NCBI GenBank assembly: GCA_013265495.1
Contig: MU057560.1
Coordinates: forward strand, 3,472,909 to 3,536,908
DNA: 64,000 nt
Reading direction: 5' to 3'
Origin: Vicugna vicugna
Lineage: Eukaryota
Shown: piece by piece, positions 1 to 12,439 of the stretch
Position numbering within the stretch: position 1 is the stretch's first letter
Layout: every line of letters starts with the position of its first letter
The notes under the pieces: model-generated
The model's database searches: none
What the model was told of the DNA's origin: nothing
The model's input: the letters and a program-made list of their open reading frames with translations, nothing else
Position numbers and translations under genes: made by a program

Positions 1-453
1 CACTTACGAGGCAGAGCAGAGGGAGGGAAGTGCCCCCGAGCCTCCCAGCCCCCTTCCGGATGGTCTGACGCACGTTCTTCCTCCTCACTAAGAGGTGGGC
101 GTTTCAGTCCTGCTTTACAAACGTGAGGCCTGAAATCCGTGAGGTGAGCCAGCTGCTCAAGGCCAAAGGGCTGGAGAGCCGCGAGGGGCACTCACACCCC
201 CAGCTCCCAAACGGGCTTGGCCCCTGCGCAGTGTCGGGGGCGGGGTGTCGTGCTGGGCTCTGTCCGCGATGCAGGCGCCTGCGGGGTGAAACCGTCTGGA
301 CAAAGTGCCCACGTGTGAGGGGCCGCTAAAAGCCAGGCCTTCGGCGCGCACGCCTGCACCTTGTACAGGGGCCGCCCGGCTCTCGCGGCTGGTCGGGGTC
401 CCAGCACCGCCGGCTTCTCCTTCCCAGAAGGAGGAAAGGGAAACACCCGTCAC

Positions 454-587
454 CTGAGGTGTGGGTGAAACCGAGTGTGAAGCACTTCAGGCGACAGGGA
501 CGCCTCCAGCCTGCACCTCCGAGGAGAGTCCCACGAGCCACCGTCTGGGTGTCAGCAACTGAGAACAATCACTCTTTTTCAGCAGAA
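454..587 (-). pseudogene. Candidate degenerate exon
   Basis: Acceptor TTCTAAACAACAG, donor CAG|GTGACG. Reads FC*KRVIV..., continuing 'HRP*T' from the upstream exon. Confidence 0.3.
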
Positions 588-1032
588 CTGTTGTTTAGAA
601 CACACAGATGTTGACATTCCATTATTTCTAGAGTCACACCGTCTTCAGAGGACGTTGCTGGCCGAGGCCTCTCCTGGCTGGTTCTTCACTCCTGGGCACT
701 GCCGGCTGGCCAGCTGTGCCCAAGCCCAGGACGAGCAGAGCTCACAGGCTGTGGAGGAAGCAGCGGAGTGAGGTGATGCAACATGCAACTCTGGGAGCTG
801 AATTCAGGGGACACGAGAACTCACTCCACTGGGCGGCGAGAAGCAGCTTTCCAGATGGGGCAGCCCTGGGGCCAGACCTTCGGGATGGGCAAGAGCCTGC
901 AAGAGAGGACAGGACCTCCAGGCGTCAGAGAAGCACCGCGGATGGAAAGCGCACAGGACGGCAGGCGATCCTGACCACAGACCAGGGCACAGGACCCCCC
1001 AGAAGGCAGGCTCCAGACCACAGCACATCTAC

Positions 1033-1132
1033 CGTTCATGGTCTGTGAAACATCAAATCAATCATTTGGAAAAATAATCAGAAAGCTACCCTGCTGAACA
1101 GCTTCCACATCCCGACACATCAGGAGCCACAG
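1033..1132 (-). pseudogene. Candidate exon, C-terminal half of an RGS-like domain
   Basis: Acceptor CATTTTATGCAG, donor GTAGAT. Reads LWLLMCRDVEAVQQGSF, then after a frameshift FFQMIDLMFHRP*. Confidence 0.4.
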
Positions 1133-1289
1133 CTGCATAAAATGAAGGTAAAGACCCAGCTCTGCTCTGGCTCTGAGCCCACAGGTCACCTGGGGCCACT
1201 GGCCCAGAAGCCCTGCCCACGGATCCATGAGCAGGTCACCCCAGAGCCATCCTGTTGTGTTTTTAGCTGAATTTGTTTTAACTAAATTT

Positions 1290-3037
1290 AAAATTAAAAA
1301 GTTCATCCATTTCTCCCACCTCTCCTCTGACCGCTGGCAACCACCAGCCTGCTCTCCATGAGCTTAATGTACAGAGAGAGAGAGAGATTCCACGTGTACC
1401 TGAGATCATACGGTGTTTGTCTTTCTCCGTCTGGCTTATTTTACTCAGCATAGACCTTCCAGGTCCATCTGTGTCATGGCGAAAGGCAAGATTCCATTCT
1501 TTGTTGTGGCTGAGTAGTACTCCACTGTATATACGTACCACAGCTCCTTTATCCAGTCCTCTGCTGATGGACACTTAGGTTGTTTCCATGGCTTGGCTTC
1601 TGTAAATAGCGCTGCTGTGAACACTGGGTGCATGTATCTTTCTGAATTAGTGCTTCTGTTTTCCTTGGATGTATGTCCAGAAGTGGGATTGCTGGATAAT
1701 ATGATAGTTCTACCTTTAGTTGTTGAGAGCCCTCCATACTGTTTCCCACAGTGGCTGCACCAATTTACATGGCCCCTAACAGTGTGCATGGGGCTGCCTT
1801 TTCTCCACACCCTCAACAACACTTGATATTTGCAATGTTTTTGATAAGAGCCATGCTGACAGGGTGAGGTGGTATCTCATTGTGGTTTTGGTTTGCATTT
1901 CCCTGGTGTTTAGTGATATTGAGCATCTTTTCACGTGCCTGTGGGCCATCTGTGTGTCTTTGCAAAAACGTCTCTTCAACACTTTTGCCCATTCTTTAAT
2001 TGGGTTTTTTGGTTTTTTGCCACTGGGTTATATGAATTCTTGTATATTTTGGCTACTAGACCCTTATCAGCATGTAATTTGCAAATATTTTCCCCCATCC
2101 AGCAGGTTACTTTTTCATTCTATCGATGGTTTCCTTTGTTGTGCAGCAGCTTTTCAGTCTGATGTAGTTTCACTTGTTTGTTTTTGCTTTTTGTGTCAGA
2201 TTCAATAAAACCATCACCAGGCCTGCATCGGGGAACTACATCTATGCTTCCTTCCAGGGGTTTTATGAGTTTGATCTTGTGTTCAAGTCTTCAATCCATT
2301 TCAAGCTGAGTTTCGTCTGTGTTGTTAGGTAGTAGCCAAGTTTCATTCCTTTGCGTGTGTGTCTAATTTTCCAAACATCATTTATTGAAGAGATGGTCCT
2401 TTATCCATTATAAATTCCCAGCTCCTTTGTGGTGAATGAATTGGCCATAATAGTGTAGATCTATTTCTGGAGTCTGTTCTGAGCCTCTGATCTGTGTGCC
2501 TGTTTTTATATTGATACTGTACTGTTTTGATTACTGTAGCTTTGTGATACAGTGTGAAATCAGGAGGTGTGAGGCCTCCAGCTCTGTCCTTGTTTTTCAA
2601 GGTTGCTTTGGCTATTTGGGGTCTTTTATGTTCCATACAGATTTTAGGATATTTTGGTTCTATTTACATGAAAAATGTCTTTGGAGTTTTTATAGGGATT
2701 CCACTGAATCTGTGTTTTGTGTTGGGTAGGAGGGACATATTAATATTAATTCTTTCAGTCCATAAGCAGGAATATCTTCCCATTTATTTGTGTCTTCAAC
2801 TTCCTTCCTCAGTGTCTTATCATTATCAACATACAGGTCTTTTGCCTCCTTGGTTAAATTGATTCCTAGGCATCCTATTCTGTTAGTGCTGTTGTAAGTG
2901 GAAATTTTTTTCTTAATTCCCCTTCCTTGTAACTCATTTTTAGTGTGTGGCTTTGAGGACATTGACTTTGTATCCTGAAAATTTACTAAATTTGTTGATT
3001 GGTTCTAACAGCTTCTTTTTTTTTTTTTTTTTTTTTA
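1290..3037 (-). mobile_element. 5'-truncated LINE-1 (ORF2 C-terminus plus 3' UTR), disrupted
   Basis: ORF fragments carry L1 ORF2 motifs (HTVRGHVNWC, PKCPSAEDWIKELWYVYTVEYYSA, GINLTKEAKDLY, DFTLYHKATVIKTV), followed by an L1 3' UTR-like end. Confidence 0.95.
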
Positions 3038-3727
3038 TTGCTGCACAGCTGTCCTGTAGATCTGGCCGGGTCCTTACACACGGGCTGTGGAGGACCCCCG
3101 ACACCACCCACCACCCAGCAGGGCCCCCGTCACCCACCAGGCCTGCTGGGCTCGTCCAGATGGTGGCCCCAGGGTCCCCGGGGAGAGAGGACAAGCCTGA
3201 GCATGAGACTTGCGGCTAAAGCCAGTCCCAGGCCCACGAGCCACGGGGCTTGGAAAGTGGGGGTGAGTGTCCACGAGGGTGCTGCCAAGTCACTGCAGAG
3301 GAAAAGCTTGGTGGCATCACCGACCGTGCCCCATAGAGCAGGGAGTTCGCTAAAAGTAACAACAGGGAAACCGCCGGCACAGCCACGCCCGGCGGTCAGC
3401 CGTGTGTCCCTCCGGGGTTGGGGTACCTTCCTGCCCCTCCCTCCTTACAGACAAGGAGCCTGCGGGTCAGAAGTTGCACTCCTCGTCTGCTGCCCCCGTC
3501 TTCTTGGTGCAAATGACTGTGCTCTTATTAAAATGCCACTACGAACAGGAAAAAGTAACACAGCCTTTTACACGCAGTTTTGACTCAGCTGTAAAATGCT
3601 CCAGATGCTAAATCTACCCCATAAACTGTGTGTAACAAATACAAAACATATGTCAAATAAACTAAAACTGATAGATGAAGGAAATACAGGAGAAGTTGTC
3701 CCAAGGCCTGTCACACGGCGAGCTTAC

Positions 3728-3827
3728 GTTTTGCTTCTAAAATACCTCATCCTTAAGGGAGTGACTCATGTGAGGGGGTGGGTGGGACCTGGAAGCCAGG
3801 CTGCACAAACTTGGAGTTTGTGTTTTC
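3728..3827 (-). pseudogene. Candidate degenerate exon
   Basis: Strong acceptor TTTTTCTCTGATTTCTACAG and donor GTAAGC. 100 bp with stops in all frames (ENTNSKFV..., ...LRMRYFRSK). Confidence 0.45.
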
Positions 3828-5844
3828 CTGTAGAAATCAGAGAAAAACATACGTGTGTCACGTATGTGCTAGAACTTGGAGAAAGAGGTGTATAAACACG
3901 GATACTCTCATCCTAACTGCACCCTGCAGAAACACAGTGTAGATGTCCCGGCTGCAAGCAGCTTGTATCTGAGCAGCCTCCGCCTCCCCCAAGGACCAGC
4001 CTCAGGGGTGCGTGGCTGGGTGGGCGGGGACGGGCCTTTGCCTCAGGGAACTGCCTGTGGTTGAGCCCGAAGTGCTTTGCTCCTCACCCTGTAGCCTCAG
4101 ACAGACAACATGACATGCTGTCTCTGCCAAACCAGCTGTACACGTAGGTGGAGGCAAGACCCCGATAAAAACCGGACGCCGCCTGCCTCGGAAACAAGCC
4201 TTCCTGGGAACGTGATTCCAAGGTCTGAGCGTGGATCGCTTCCCCAAAGCAGCACAATTGTGGGCCGCGCTTACATCCCCAAGAACACACTGATTAGCGT
4301 TCTCAGCCGCAGTGGGTGTGGGTCACTGGCTTCCCCCCCTCGTGACTCGAGGCTGGAGACACTGCCAACGTCTGGGGCCCTCGTGTGTGTTGCGTTTATG
4401 TGTGCTGGTCTATTAATTAAGGTCAACATGCGTACACGTATGAAGTCTTGCTGATTTTTGTTTCCATTTTCAATTCAGGATGCATCTGGTTTAATTGACA
4501 ACCTTGTTTTACTACAACACTGTCCTTTTATAATAAAACAGCTTTGTAATAGTTTTACTAGACAGTGAGCAAACCCAGAAACGCCGCGCCTTTTTCCATA
4601 CAGATTTCACCTGTTTCGCACGCTCTTGGCCTCGCAGTAGTAACTTCAGCCATAAGCTTGGGAATCTACATTTAACCAGGACGTGGAATGACTATTTACC
4701 TGGAAACTTTGTGCAGACCATACAAGTGTTTGACACCAAATTTGGGTCCACATTCCACAGAGGTCCCCAGAGACCCACCGTCTCTCCCATGGGCGGCGAC
4801 CCAGGAGTCACAGGGGAGGTCCTGTGTCAGCCTCCTGCTGCTGACCTAGGGGAGGTGGGGGGCCCACGACAGCTTTCCAGACTGGCTGGGAGATCTTTCG
4901 TCAAAGGTGTGGCAGTAAACTCAGTTAGGTCATCCCCTCATACCATGTGTAGGAACAAGGGCCAGATTATTAAAAAGTGAGGATTTTTAAATGATTAAAA
5001 TAAAACCTTGAAAGAAATATAGCTGATCATATCTCTGAACTCTAAAATATTCTCTAAACTTAAAAAAAATGCAAAAAAAATAAAAGCTGTGAACAATAAA
5101 ATGTCAACAGATGTGGGAGGAACACTTACATGTTGGTGTCACCAGGATGGCACCGGAACTTCACTGAGCCTGCCCCGCCTCAGATTCTGACCAGGCAGGC
5201 AGGACTGGCCACCAGCTCAGGGCTCCTTGCCCTGCTCCCAGGGTCTCTGTGAAACAGGAAACGACTGAGCATTTGTGTGGAGGAGCTGAGATGAATAATT
5301 CAAGGTCACCTGAACATCTCTGTGATGATGACATGGATGCAAAGAGACAGACAGACAGGAGTTCTGTGTGCAGGGGCCAGAGTGGGGTGGACATGGAGGA
5401 CACAGTGTGGACTTTGTAGACATCTTGGAGGTGGGACTGCAGGCCTCTCTACTAGATGGGTTGTGACGGGAGCAGGAGAGGGACGGGACGACGGGGTCCG
5501 GGGTCCTCCTTGGCCTGGAGGAGGCCTCCTGTGTCTCCAGAAGAGAAGGGATCGACATCTGCACGGGTGCCATGCTCCTTGGCTTGAAGGTCCTCTGCCC
5601 TTTTCTGCAGAATTACAGATCTCTCTTCAGCCCTGACGGCTGCTGTGTGAACAGGTCCGAGCAGAGCGGATGCACCGTCCTCTGGGCTCCCTTGGCCTTT
5701 ACCTGTAGAGCAGAGCCCCAGTTCCACAAGATGAGGGTTAGCTGTTAATTCTTCCATCTGCCCGAGACAGAGGGTCTCAAGAAAAGGGGTGGTGTCCTTT
5801 CATCTCTGTAGCCAGTACCTCAGTTTTCTGAATGAAAATTCTAT

Positions 5845-6330
5845 ATGTTGCACGTGTTAACCACTATTTGTAAAAATAGATAAAAACAAATGTCTTCCGT
5901 ACAGCACAAGGAACTATATTCAATATCTTGTAATTACTTTTAATGACAAATATGAAAACGAATAAATGCATGGCTGGGATATTGTTCTGTACGCCAGAAA
6001 CTGACACATTGTAACCGATGGTACTTCCATTTTTCAAAAAATGGAAAGAAGTGCATGTGTAGACCTACGGACACAGAAAACACTGTGGTTACTGGGCTGG
6101 GGGGAGAAGGGTGGGAGGGACAGATTAGGAGTTTGGGGTTGACAGTTACACATTGTTATATGTACAGTAGATGAACAACAAGGCCCTACTGTAGGGCACA
6201 GGGAACCATATTCAGTTGCCTGTGATGAGCTGCAATGAAAACAATCTGAAGAATGTATGTATGTATATGTGTAACTGAATGGTGTTGCTGTACACTTGAA
6301 ACTGACATTGTACATTGACTACACTTCATA
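5845..6330 (+). mobile_element. Two adjacent LINE-1 3'-end fragments (cetartiodactyl-type 3' UTR)
   Basis: Both copies have the motifs 'gtacagcacaaggaactatattcaatatcttgta' / 'ctgtagggcacagggaaccatattcag' and 'aactgaca(ca)ttgta'. Confidence 0.85.
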
Positions 6331-6569
6331 AGACATATGGATTTAGCAAATGCTGAATGAACATACCCTGTCTGTGTCCGATTTTATCACACACTTACAC
6401 ACACAGGCTTGTGGGGTCGCTATCCTTATGCACCTGGCACATTAACTGAGTGAGGACAGTGGTCACGCAGGCCTGGCTCATGTGCAGACCACCTGGAATT
6501 CTCCTGTGACACCCATCTCTCTGATCACCTTTGACCCTTGTTTTCGCCTTCTTCCTAGGTGTTTGGTAG

Positions 6570-6790
6570 AGAAAAGTCACCTTGTGTGGTGTTACGGACT
6601 GAAGGTTTTGGGGCCTTGGAAGGTGATTGGGTCCTGAGGGTGGATTCATGCCCTGAGAAGAGGCCCTGCAGCCTGCTTGCCCGCCCTCCAGGTGAGGACA
6701 CAGAGGGAGCCAGGAAGCTGGTTCCCCCCAGACACCAAATCTTGGATGCCCAGCCTCCAGACCGAGAAGTCCATGTCGGCAGTGCTTCTG
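6570..6790. mobile_element. MaLR (MLT1-type) LTR fragment
   Basis: Contains 'gtgaggacacag...gccaggaag...cagacacc...cttggatgcccagcctccaga'. Confidence 0.65.
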
Positions 6791-7012
6791 TCCTGAGCCT
6801 AGTCTGGCACTGGATTACCCACACAGATCCCCCTCACTGAGACCAGAACCTCTGTCCACCCAACTCGTCACCCAGTAACACATGCTTCTCCCCACATTTC
6901 ATATGTAAAACGTGGGAGACTTCAAAAGAAATGAAAAAGAAAAAGTCAGTGGGAAAAAGCAAGATTCCATAAACTCAGCAAAAATTCTATTTTTAAAAAG
7001 CCTCTCATTTAC

Positions 7013-7332
7013 AAGAAATTGAAAAGATTTAATTTCCAGTATCATCAAAAGATGGCTTCAATAATTAGAAAACTATTTCCTTGGGAAGCAGTTGAGTCCA
7101 ACACACAATTTAATTGCTGTCCATTACACGAGTGACAATGTAGCCGTGCAAGCTTTCTAAGTGCAGCTGCATTTCATCCCAAGTTTACGATCAAAAAACA
7201 CGGCACTGCCCAAGCTAGTAGATTTTTTTTTTGCAAAATCTGCATTTAACATTTTCAAAGCTTCATCTTGTCCTTCAGATTCTTCACTGACATACTTTTT
7301 ATTCCTCAGCCACAGTCTTACACTGAAGTTGG
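7013..7332 (-). pseudogene. Degenerate exon, RGS-like domain
   Basis: Reads ANFSVRLWLRNKKYVSEESEGQDEALKMLNADFAKK, then after a shift (probably at the A10 run) ...LLPKEIVF*LLKPSFDD. Donor GTAAAT; 5' boundary uncertain. Confidence 0.55.
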
Positions 7333-8374
7333 CTAAAACTGAACTTGGTGAAGCAGGCGACCCCCCCCCCAGGAGATGTCGTCTACGAGGTGTCCTTCCG
7401 GACCCCAGCCTGCACACACTCCCTTCACTCTGTGGTGCCCTGGTGATGATGGAAGCACCTGCCTGATGACCCATTTTGGAGGAACAGACTGGCTTCCAGA
7501 AATCCAGCCCCAAAGTCAGCATCGTCCTTGTGAGATGCCAGGCCCCTCACACCAGGGGCTGGCGTGGCACCCGGGCAGCTGGGCTTGTGACGGTTGTGCT
7601 GAGCAGGGCAGCCGGCGTGGGAACCGGTGTTACAGGGGATTAGGAAGGACCTGTCACCGGATTTGGCTGGTGTCCAGTGACCTGCGGGGGACGTTGAGGG
7701 AACAGGCAGACTGGAGGCTCCAGAGAGGCCGGGAGGCTCATGGCTGGGCGTCTCAGGAGTCTCGGGGGGAGGAGGGGCTGGGCTGGGGCAGCCCTGCAGC
7801 CAGGAGAGGGGCACGCGGCATGTGGGGGCTTGGGCAGCGTTCCTGCTGTCTGTTCAGACGTGATCACGGGGGCACTTGTTCCCACCCTGACTCTTCCCTG
7901 CTGTTGCTGGTCCACGTTTTCTGAAGTAGTTTACGCGGGCTGGGAGGGCACGGGACGGTGCCGGGCCAGCTCCTGGACGTCAGGGCTGCTTTGTCCTTTC
8001 TCAAAACCCACAAGTGTAAATTCCTACCCACACATTCTGCTAGTCACAGAATCACGTGGTCGAGAGGGATGAAGCGACAAGTCGTGGGGTGGTCCCTCCT
8101 TCCCCACCCAGGTCCGCCCCTCTGCCCACCGGCGCCTGGCCCAGGGCACTGGGGCTGTGACGCTGGGTCAGGAAGGAAAAGCGTCTGGCGCACTAAGCTG
8201 CCGCCGCTCCCGCCCGGGTCGTGCTGCAGACATTCAGATGCCTAGACGCCATGCTGTAACTCCTGGGACCCCCAGCAGAAGTGCCGGCAGAGGGGACACG
8301 CAGGGCCCCCGAGCCTGGGGCCCGTGGTCTCTGGTTCACACATGCTGAGAAGGAGCGAAGAGGCCTCTTCTCAC

Positions 8375-8411
8375 CTTGAACCGCGTGTTCATTCTGAGAG
8401 CATAAAAATAT
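8375..8411 (-). pseudogene. Small candidate exon
   Basis: Acceptor CTCTCTTTAG, donor AAG|GTGAGA. Reads YFYALRMNTRFK; phase matches the preceding exon. Confidence 0.5.
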
Positions 8412-8703
8412 CTAAAGAGAGCTGCCGCAGGTTTTGAGCATTTGGCAAAGTGGTTTGTTTCTTTAATTGTACAACTTCCCCCAGAAATTTTTTTAAAAAA
8501 AGAATTCATAGCAAAGCCTGAAATGACAGAAACAAAGAAAATATCTCTGTTCTCTGCCTTTCCTCTGCTCCCTGAATTAAATCCAACTCATCGTGGCAAT
8601 TTGGTTTCCCAAGCCCCTCTCTGGGCGCAGGGCACCTGTGGCCCTGAAGTCCTCTCGGAGAAGCAGTGCCTGGGTCCCGGAATTCGGGGGGCCCAGCGCC
8701 CAC

Positions 8704-8869
8704 CAAGCCATCTTCACACCCACAGAGTGACAGCCCAGCTCTGGAGACACCAGACCTTCGACATAATCCACACCTGGGTTTGGCTGCTCCACATGCCCTG
8801 GAGACACAGCCCTGCAGGCGTCACCAGGAGCCACTTCTGGAATCACCAAGGAGCCTTCTGTCGGTCATG
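8704..8869 (-). pseudogene. Degenerate exon, second half of an RGS22-like domain
   Basis: Reads (D)MTDRRLL/VIPEVAPGDACRAVSPGHVEQ..., resembling the RGS22 segment recalled as SSIPPALQIDIPVEQA. Phase-2 join with exon 9176-9296. Confidence 0.5.
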
Positions 8870-9175
8870 CTAACTAAGGTCCACTTTGGAACGCACCATT
8901 TTAAAATATTTATACCAGTCACATTGAGAAACTTTTCTCGTTTGTCACTCGAAACAAACTTTGATTAGTCGTTATGACCTAAATCTTACGGATTGGGAAC
9001 TAATACAGGGCAGGATCAGGACTTCCCGAAATCTAAGGGATGCAACTCTTCCTTTTTTCTCTTCTTTTTTTCCTCTCTTTCTTTCTTTTTTTCTTTCTTT
9101 CTTTCACTGAGCTAAAGATGACTAAATGTCATGAATGCTGATTTATGCAGAGTAAGTTTATGAGTAAAATTATAC

Positions 9176-9296
9176 TCATTCAAAGGACATTTTATCAAAG
9201 AAATTCTTGCCTTCTCGAGTTCAGTGATGGTGCATAGAACAGAATTAGATACTTTGAAATCCTACAGCTCCTTGTAAACTCACAAGTAAAATACAT
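9176..9296 (-). pseudogene. Degenerate exon, core of an RGS22-like domain
   Basis: 121 bp, acceptor CTTTGCTGCAG, donor GTATAA. Reads VFYL*VYKEL*DFKVSNSVLCTITELEKARISLIKCPLN, versus RGS22 recalled as LLFWQEVQKYKDLCHSHCDESVIQKKITTIINCFIN. Both stops are one C>T away from CGA/CAG. Confidence 0.7.
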
Positions 9297-10264
9297 CTGC
9301 AGCAAAGAATGAAAGTGTAGAAATCACACGACATGAGCCCGGGAAGAAGAGTCGAAAGAACGTAAGGCGTGAGGACCTCACGGTTTCCGTACTTTTCCTA
9401 AAGGCAATGAGGAGACACTAAATGAGACGATTCTAATTCTTCTGCTTGGGAAGAAAAAAAAAAGAAATAAAGAAAAATTAGACCAAAACCACACGTGTCC
9501 CTCTGATTTAAGAGGTCAGAGAACCTCCAAACAAGAGAGGTTGTGGGGAGAAATCAGGCCAGGAGGGGCCCAGACAGGTGGCCCGTGGGGTCACCTCCCC
9601 TGGAGCCATCACTGATTCCAAAAGCCAGACTCACGGGGTAAGTCTGTCGAAAGTTCTACTTTCGACAAATATTTTCATTATTTTTTGTTAATTTTTTTTC
9701 ACCATTTGGCACCAAATTTGGAGTCTGAGACCTGCCACAGACGAGAGTCCCTGCCAAATTCCCAGGGTGTCAAGAAGATGTACGTGATCTTCTCAGAAAT
9801 GAAGGAAAAATATTTCATAAAAGTCGGCATTCCCTCTAACAAAGAAAAAAACTTAGCAAAGAGCAAACAAAAGAAAGTGCATAATCTGTTAAAGAATGTC
9901 CACAAGAAAAAAAAGTCCCAAACGTTAGCACGTTGTGGACGCCCTCCCCGTGGGACTGTGGTGAAACGAGACTGCCCCTGCCCTGCTCCTGCCCCACGTC
10001 GTGTCAGAAGCCCTGCGCCATCGAAAGGGCAACAGAAAGAAAGCGAGACGTGGTGGCTGGACTGGGAAAGTGCTTCGTCGTCAGCTACAGAAGACACACT
10101 GCACGTGGAAGCCTGAAAAATCTAGGCTATTTGGACTCAGTAAGGCTGTGGGCACAGGCCAGATTTTTTTAAGGTAACTTTATTATTATAAGCTAGAAAC
10201 AGACTTTAGAAGGGTAGCACAAGCCACCACAAATATTAAATATTAGAACAAATTCACAAAATAC

Positions 10265-10443
10265 GTGCATGGCCATTAATCAGAAAACCAACCAAAATTA
10301 TGAGTTGAATAAAAAAAACTGAGGTGGACTCAGTGTTGTAAAGATATCAGTCATCCCCCTGAAAACCTGTGAAGTCAATGAATATTCCACGAATGCACCG
10401 TCAGGACGTGTGCGGCTGGTACTGTGAAACTGTTTCCGACGTC
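10265..10443 (-). pseudogene. Degenerate exon leading into an RGS-like domain
   Basis: Ends ...ILVGFLINGHA-C|GTATTT in phase 1. Joined to the next exon it gives FLINGHAHVFYL*VYKEL. Confidence 0.55.
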
Positions 10444-12439
10444 CTGAAGCTGGGTGGACGTGCAGGAGGCGAGGCTGGATCTGACACGAGGCAGACGCTG
10501 CGCAGACTCGCTCCACAGCTCGGTCTCTGAGCCGCTGTGGGTCTGCAGGAGACAGATACGCTGAGCTTGGAGAAGAGCTGCCCCCACGAAGGGCTCCGGA
10601 GGGCGTGTAGCCACAGCACTAGCTCACGGGACACACGTGTGGGAGGTAAAGAGACACCTCTGCCTCGACACACACAGAACGTCCCGCAGGTGAATTTTAG
10701 GTCTAAATAGGAAAGGTGGAGAAAGTGAAGGTCCTAGGAGATAGTCCTGGAAACAGCCTCCGTGCTGGGTTAGGACAAGCGCAGCTGTGCTCAAAGCAGG
10801 ACCACACACAGCCACCGGGTAGGGTGAAAGTTGTCAGAGGACAAGAAGCAGGACACACAGCATCTGGGCACCAAGGCGTATCTGAGAGCACGGCAGTTAA
10901 CGTCCACGCGCCACACTCACGTCCACACACGTGCAGTTCATTCAGCCAGTCCCGCCCTCGGTTCCCACCAGTGGATGTGTGCTAAGCTGAGCAGAGCCCT
11001 GGAGCCGGCTTCCTTGAGCAGGAGGAAGGAAGGATGAGATCTTCCCCCCCGCCGCTCCACCGGGTCCTCGGATGCACTGCCCACCGCAGCCTCCCAGCTA
11101 CAACAGATACCCCCCTCTGCCCGGCCCCCAGGCCTGTGGGAGAATCGAGGTCATGGGCTTCGGTCCTCCACCTGCAAGTGTTTTCATAGACTGAACGCAG
11201 GCCACTGTACAGAGGCCATTGTAATTTTCGTTGTTTCTCTGTCCATTCGGAATTTTACTGACAAAACTTCCAAGGTATCCATCCGTCTTGGCCAGCCCAG
11301 GCAGCTCAGACAACCAGACGTCCACTCATCACAGCTGTGCGGCCAGACGTCCACGGACCCGGCAGGTCTCACTCCGAGGCCGTTCCGCTTCCTCCTGCAG
11401 AGACACAAGCCCTCCTTGGCCTCCTCTCCAGGGGCCCCGGACCCCACGGTGGGGCCTCCTTGCCTGACTCATCCATCCTGGTCCTTCCCGAGGCCCTGCC
11501 CCGACGCCCCATCACAAGCATTCAGTCCATACAAACTGCCCACTGGGAACGTATTTTCCTTCTGTTCCTTCACTGGAAAGAGAAAACGTTTTTAATGGTG
11601 AGAGAATAAAAATCTGTCATTCCAACTGACCCAGGGTCTTCAAGAGAACAATTCAATTAAAGCAAAAACTTAAAAGCTCAGCTTCAATTTCCCATAGCTC
11701 CTCGCTTACACAGATTCAGCTTTGAACCCATGTAACTCCATGAAACCGTTCATTCCCTTTTTAATTAATTCCTTCTCCTTTAAAACAGCTAAGATGCTGG
11801 CATTAACACTTTTCAAATGCCACGTAATATCCTTTCACAAGGACACTATTTACGGAACCACCCTACGACAATGACAAGGCCGGAATAACACATCACTAGT
11901 GGCTCAAGTAAAAGAAAAATGTGTCAATTAAAGCACAGTTCGTTTATAAAAAGACAATAATTAACCAAACGCCCATGTGTTGGCAGCTACTGTCATTTCA
12001 CAGCAGATTTAATGTGCTGGCAACACACCTGATTTTGGATGTGAAAACAGTGATGCTTCAGACACACGTGGCCCTGAAAATAGGATTGCTTCTGCTGGAG
12101 GGCGGAGACACCCTGGACTGACAGCATTCATCCCATAACCAGCAGCCCTGGAGCTGTCCTCAGGGAGAGGAGCTGCTGGGGGCTCAGCTGAGGGCTGTGG
12201 GGTCCAGAGGGAAAGCCATTGATTAAGCCTGCAGCCAGGGTTGGACATTTAAGATGCAGCCACACAGATTAATTAAGCTTAGGCCACTCCTCTCCCAAAG
12301 CAGTAAATGTGATCAAAGTGAAGAAAACGCCTCAGTTCAGATCAGATCAGGTCACACAGAGGTGCTGGGCCATTAGCTAACGTCCACATAACTAGGACCC
12401 GTGCACAAGTGGCCACCCCGCAGAGCACGAGGTGTGTGT

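Noticed and set aside
150..560. CpG-island promoter
   Set aside because: CpG-rich but short, similar to other GC-rich patches in the window, and not linked to a gene start.
1445..2962. L1 ORF2 pieces as an active retrotransposon
   Set aside because: 5'-truncated and broken across frames.
12028..12072. 45-bp mini-exon (GPRVSEASLFSHPKS)
   Set aside because: Weak donor and no homology; it lies inside the enhancer-like patch.
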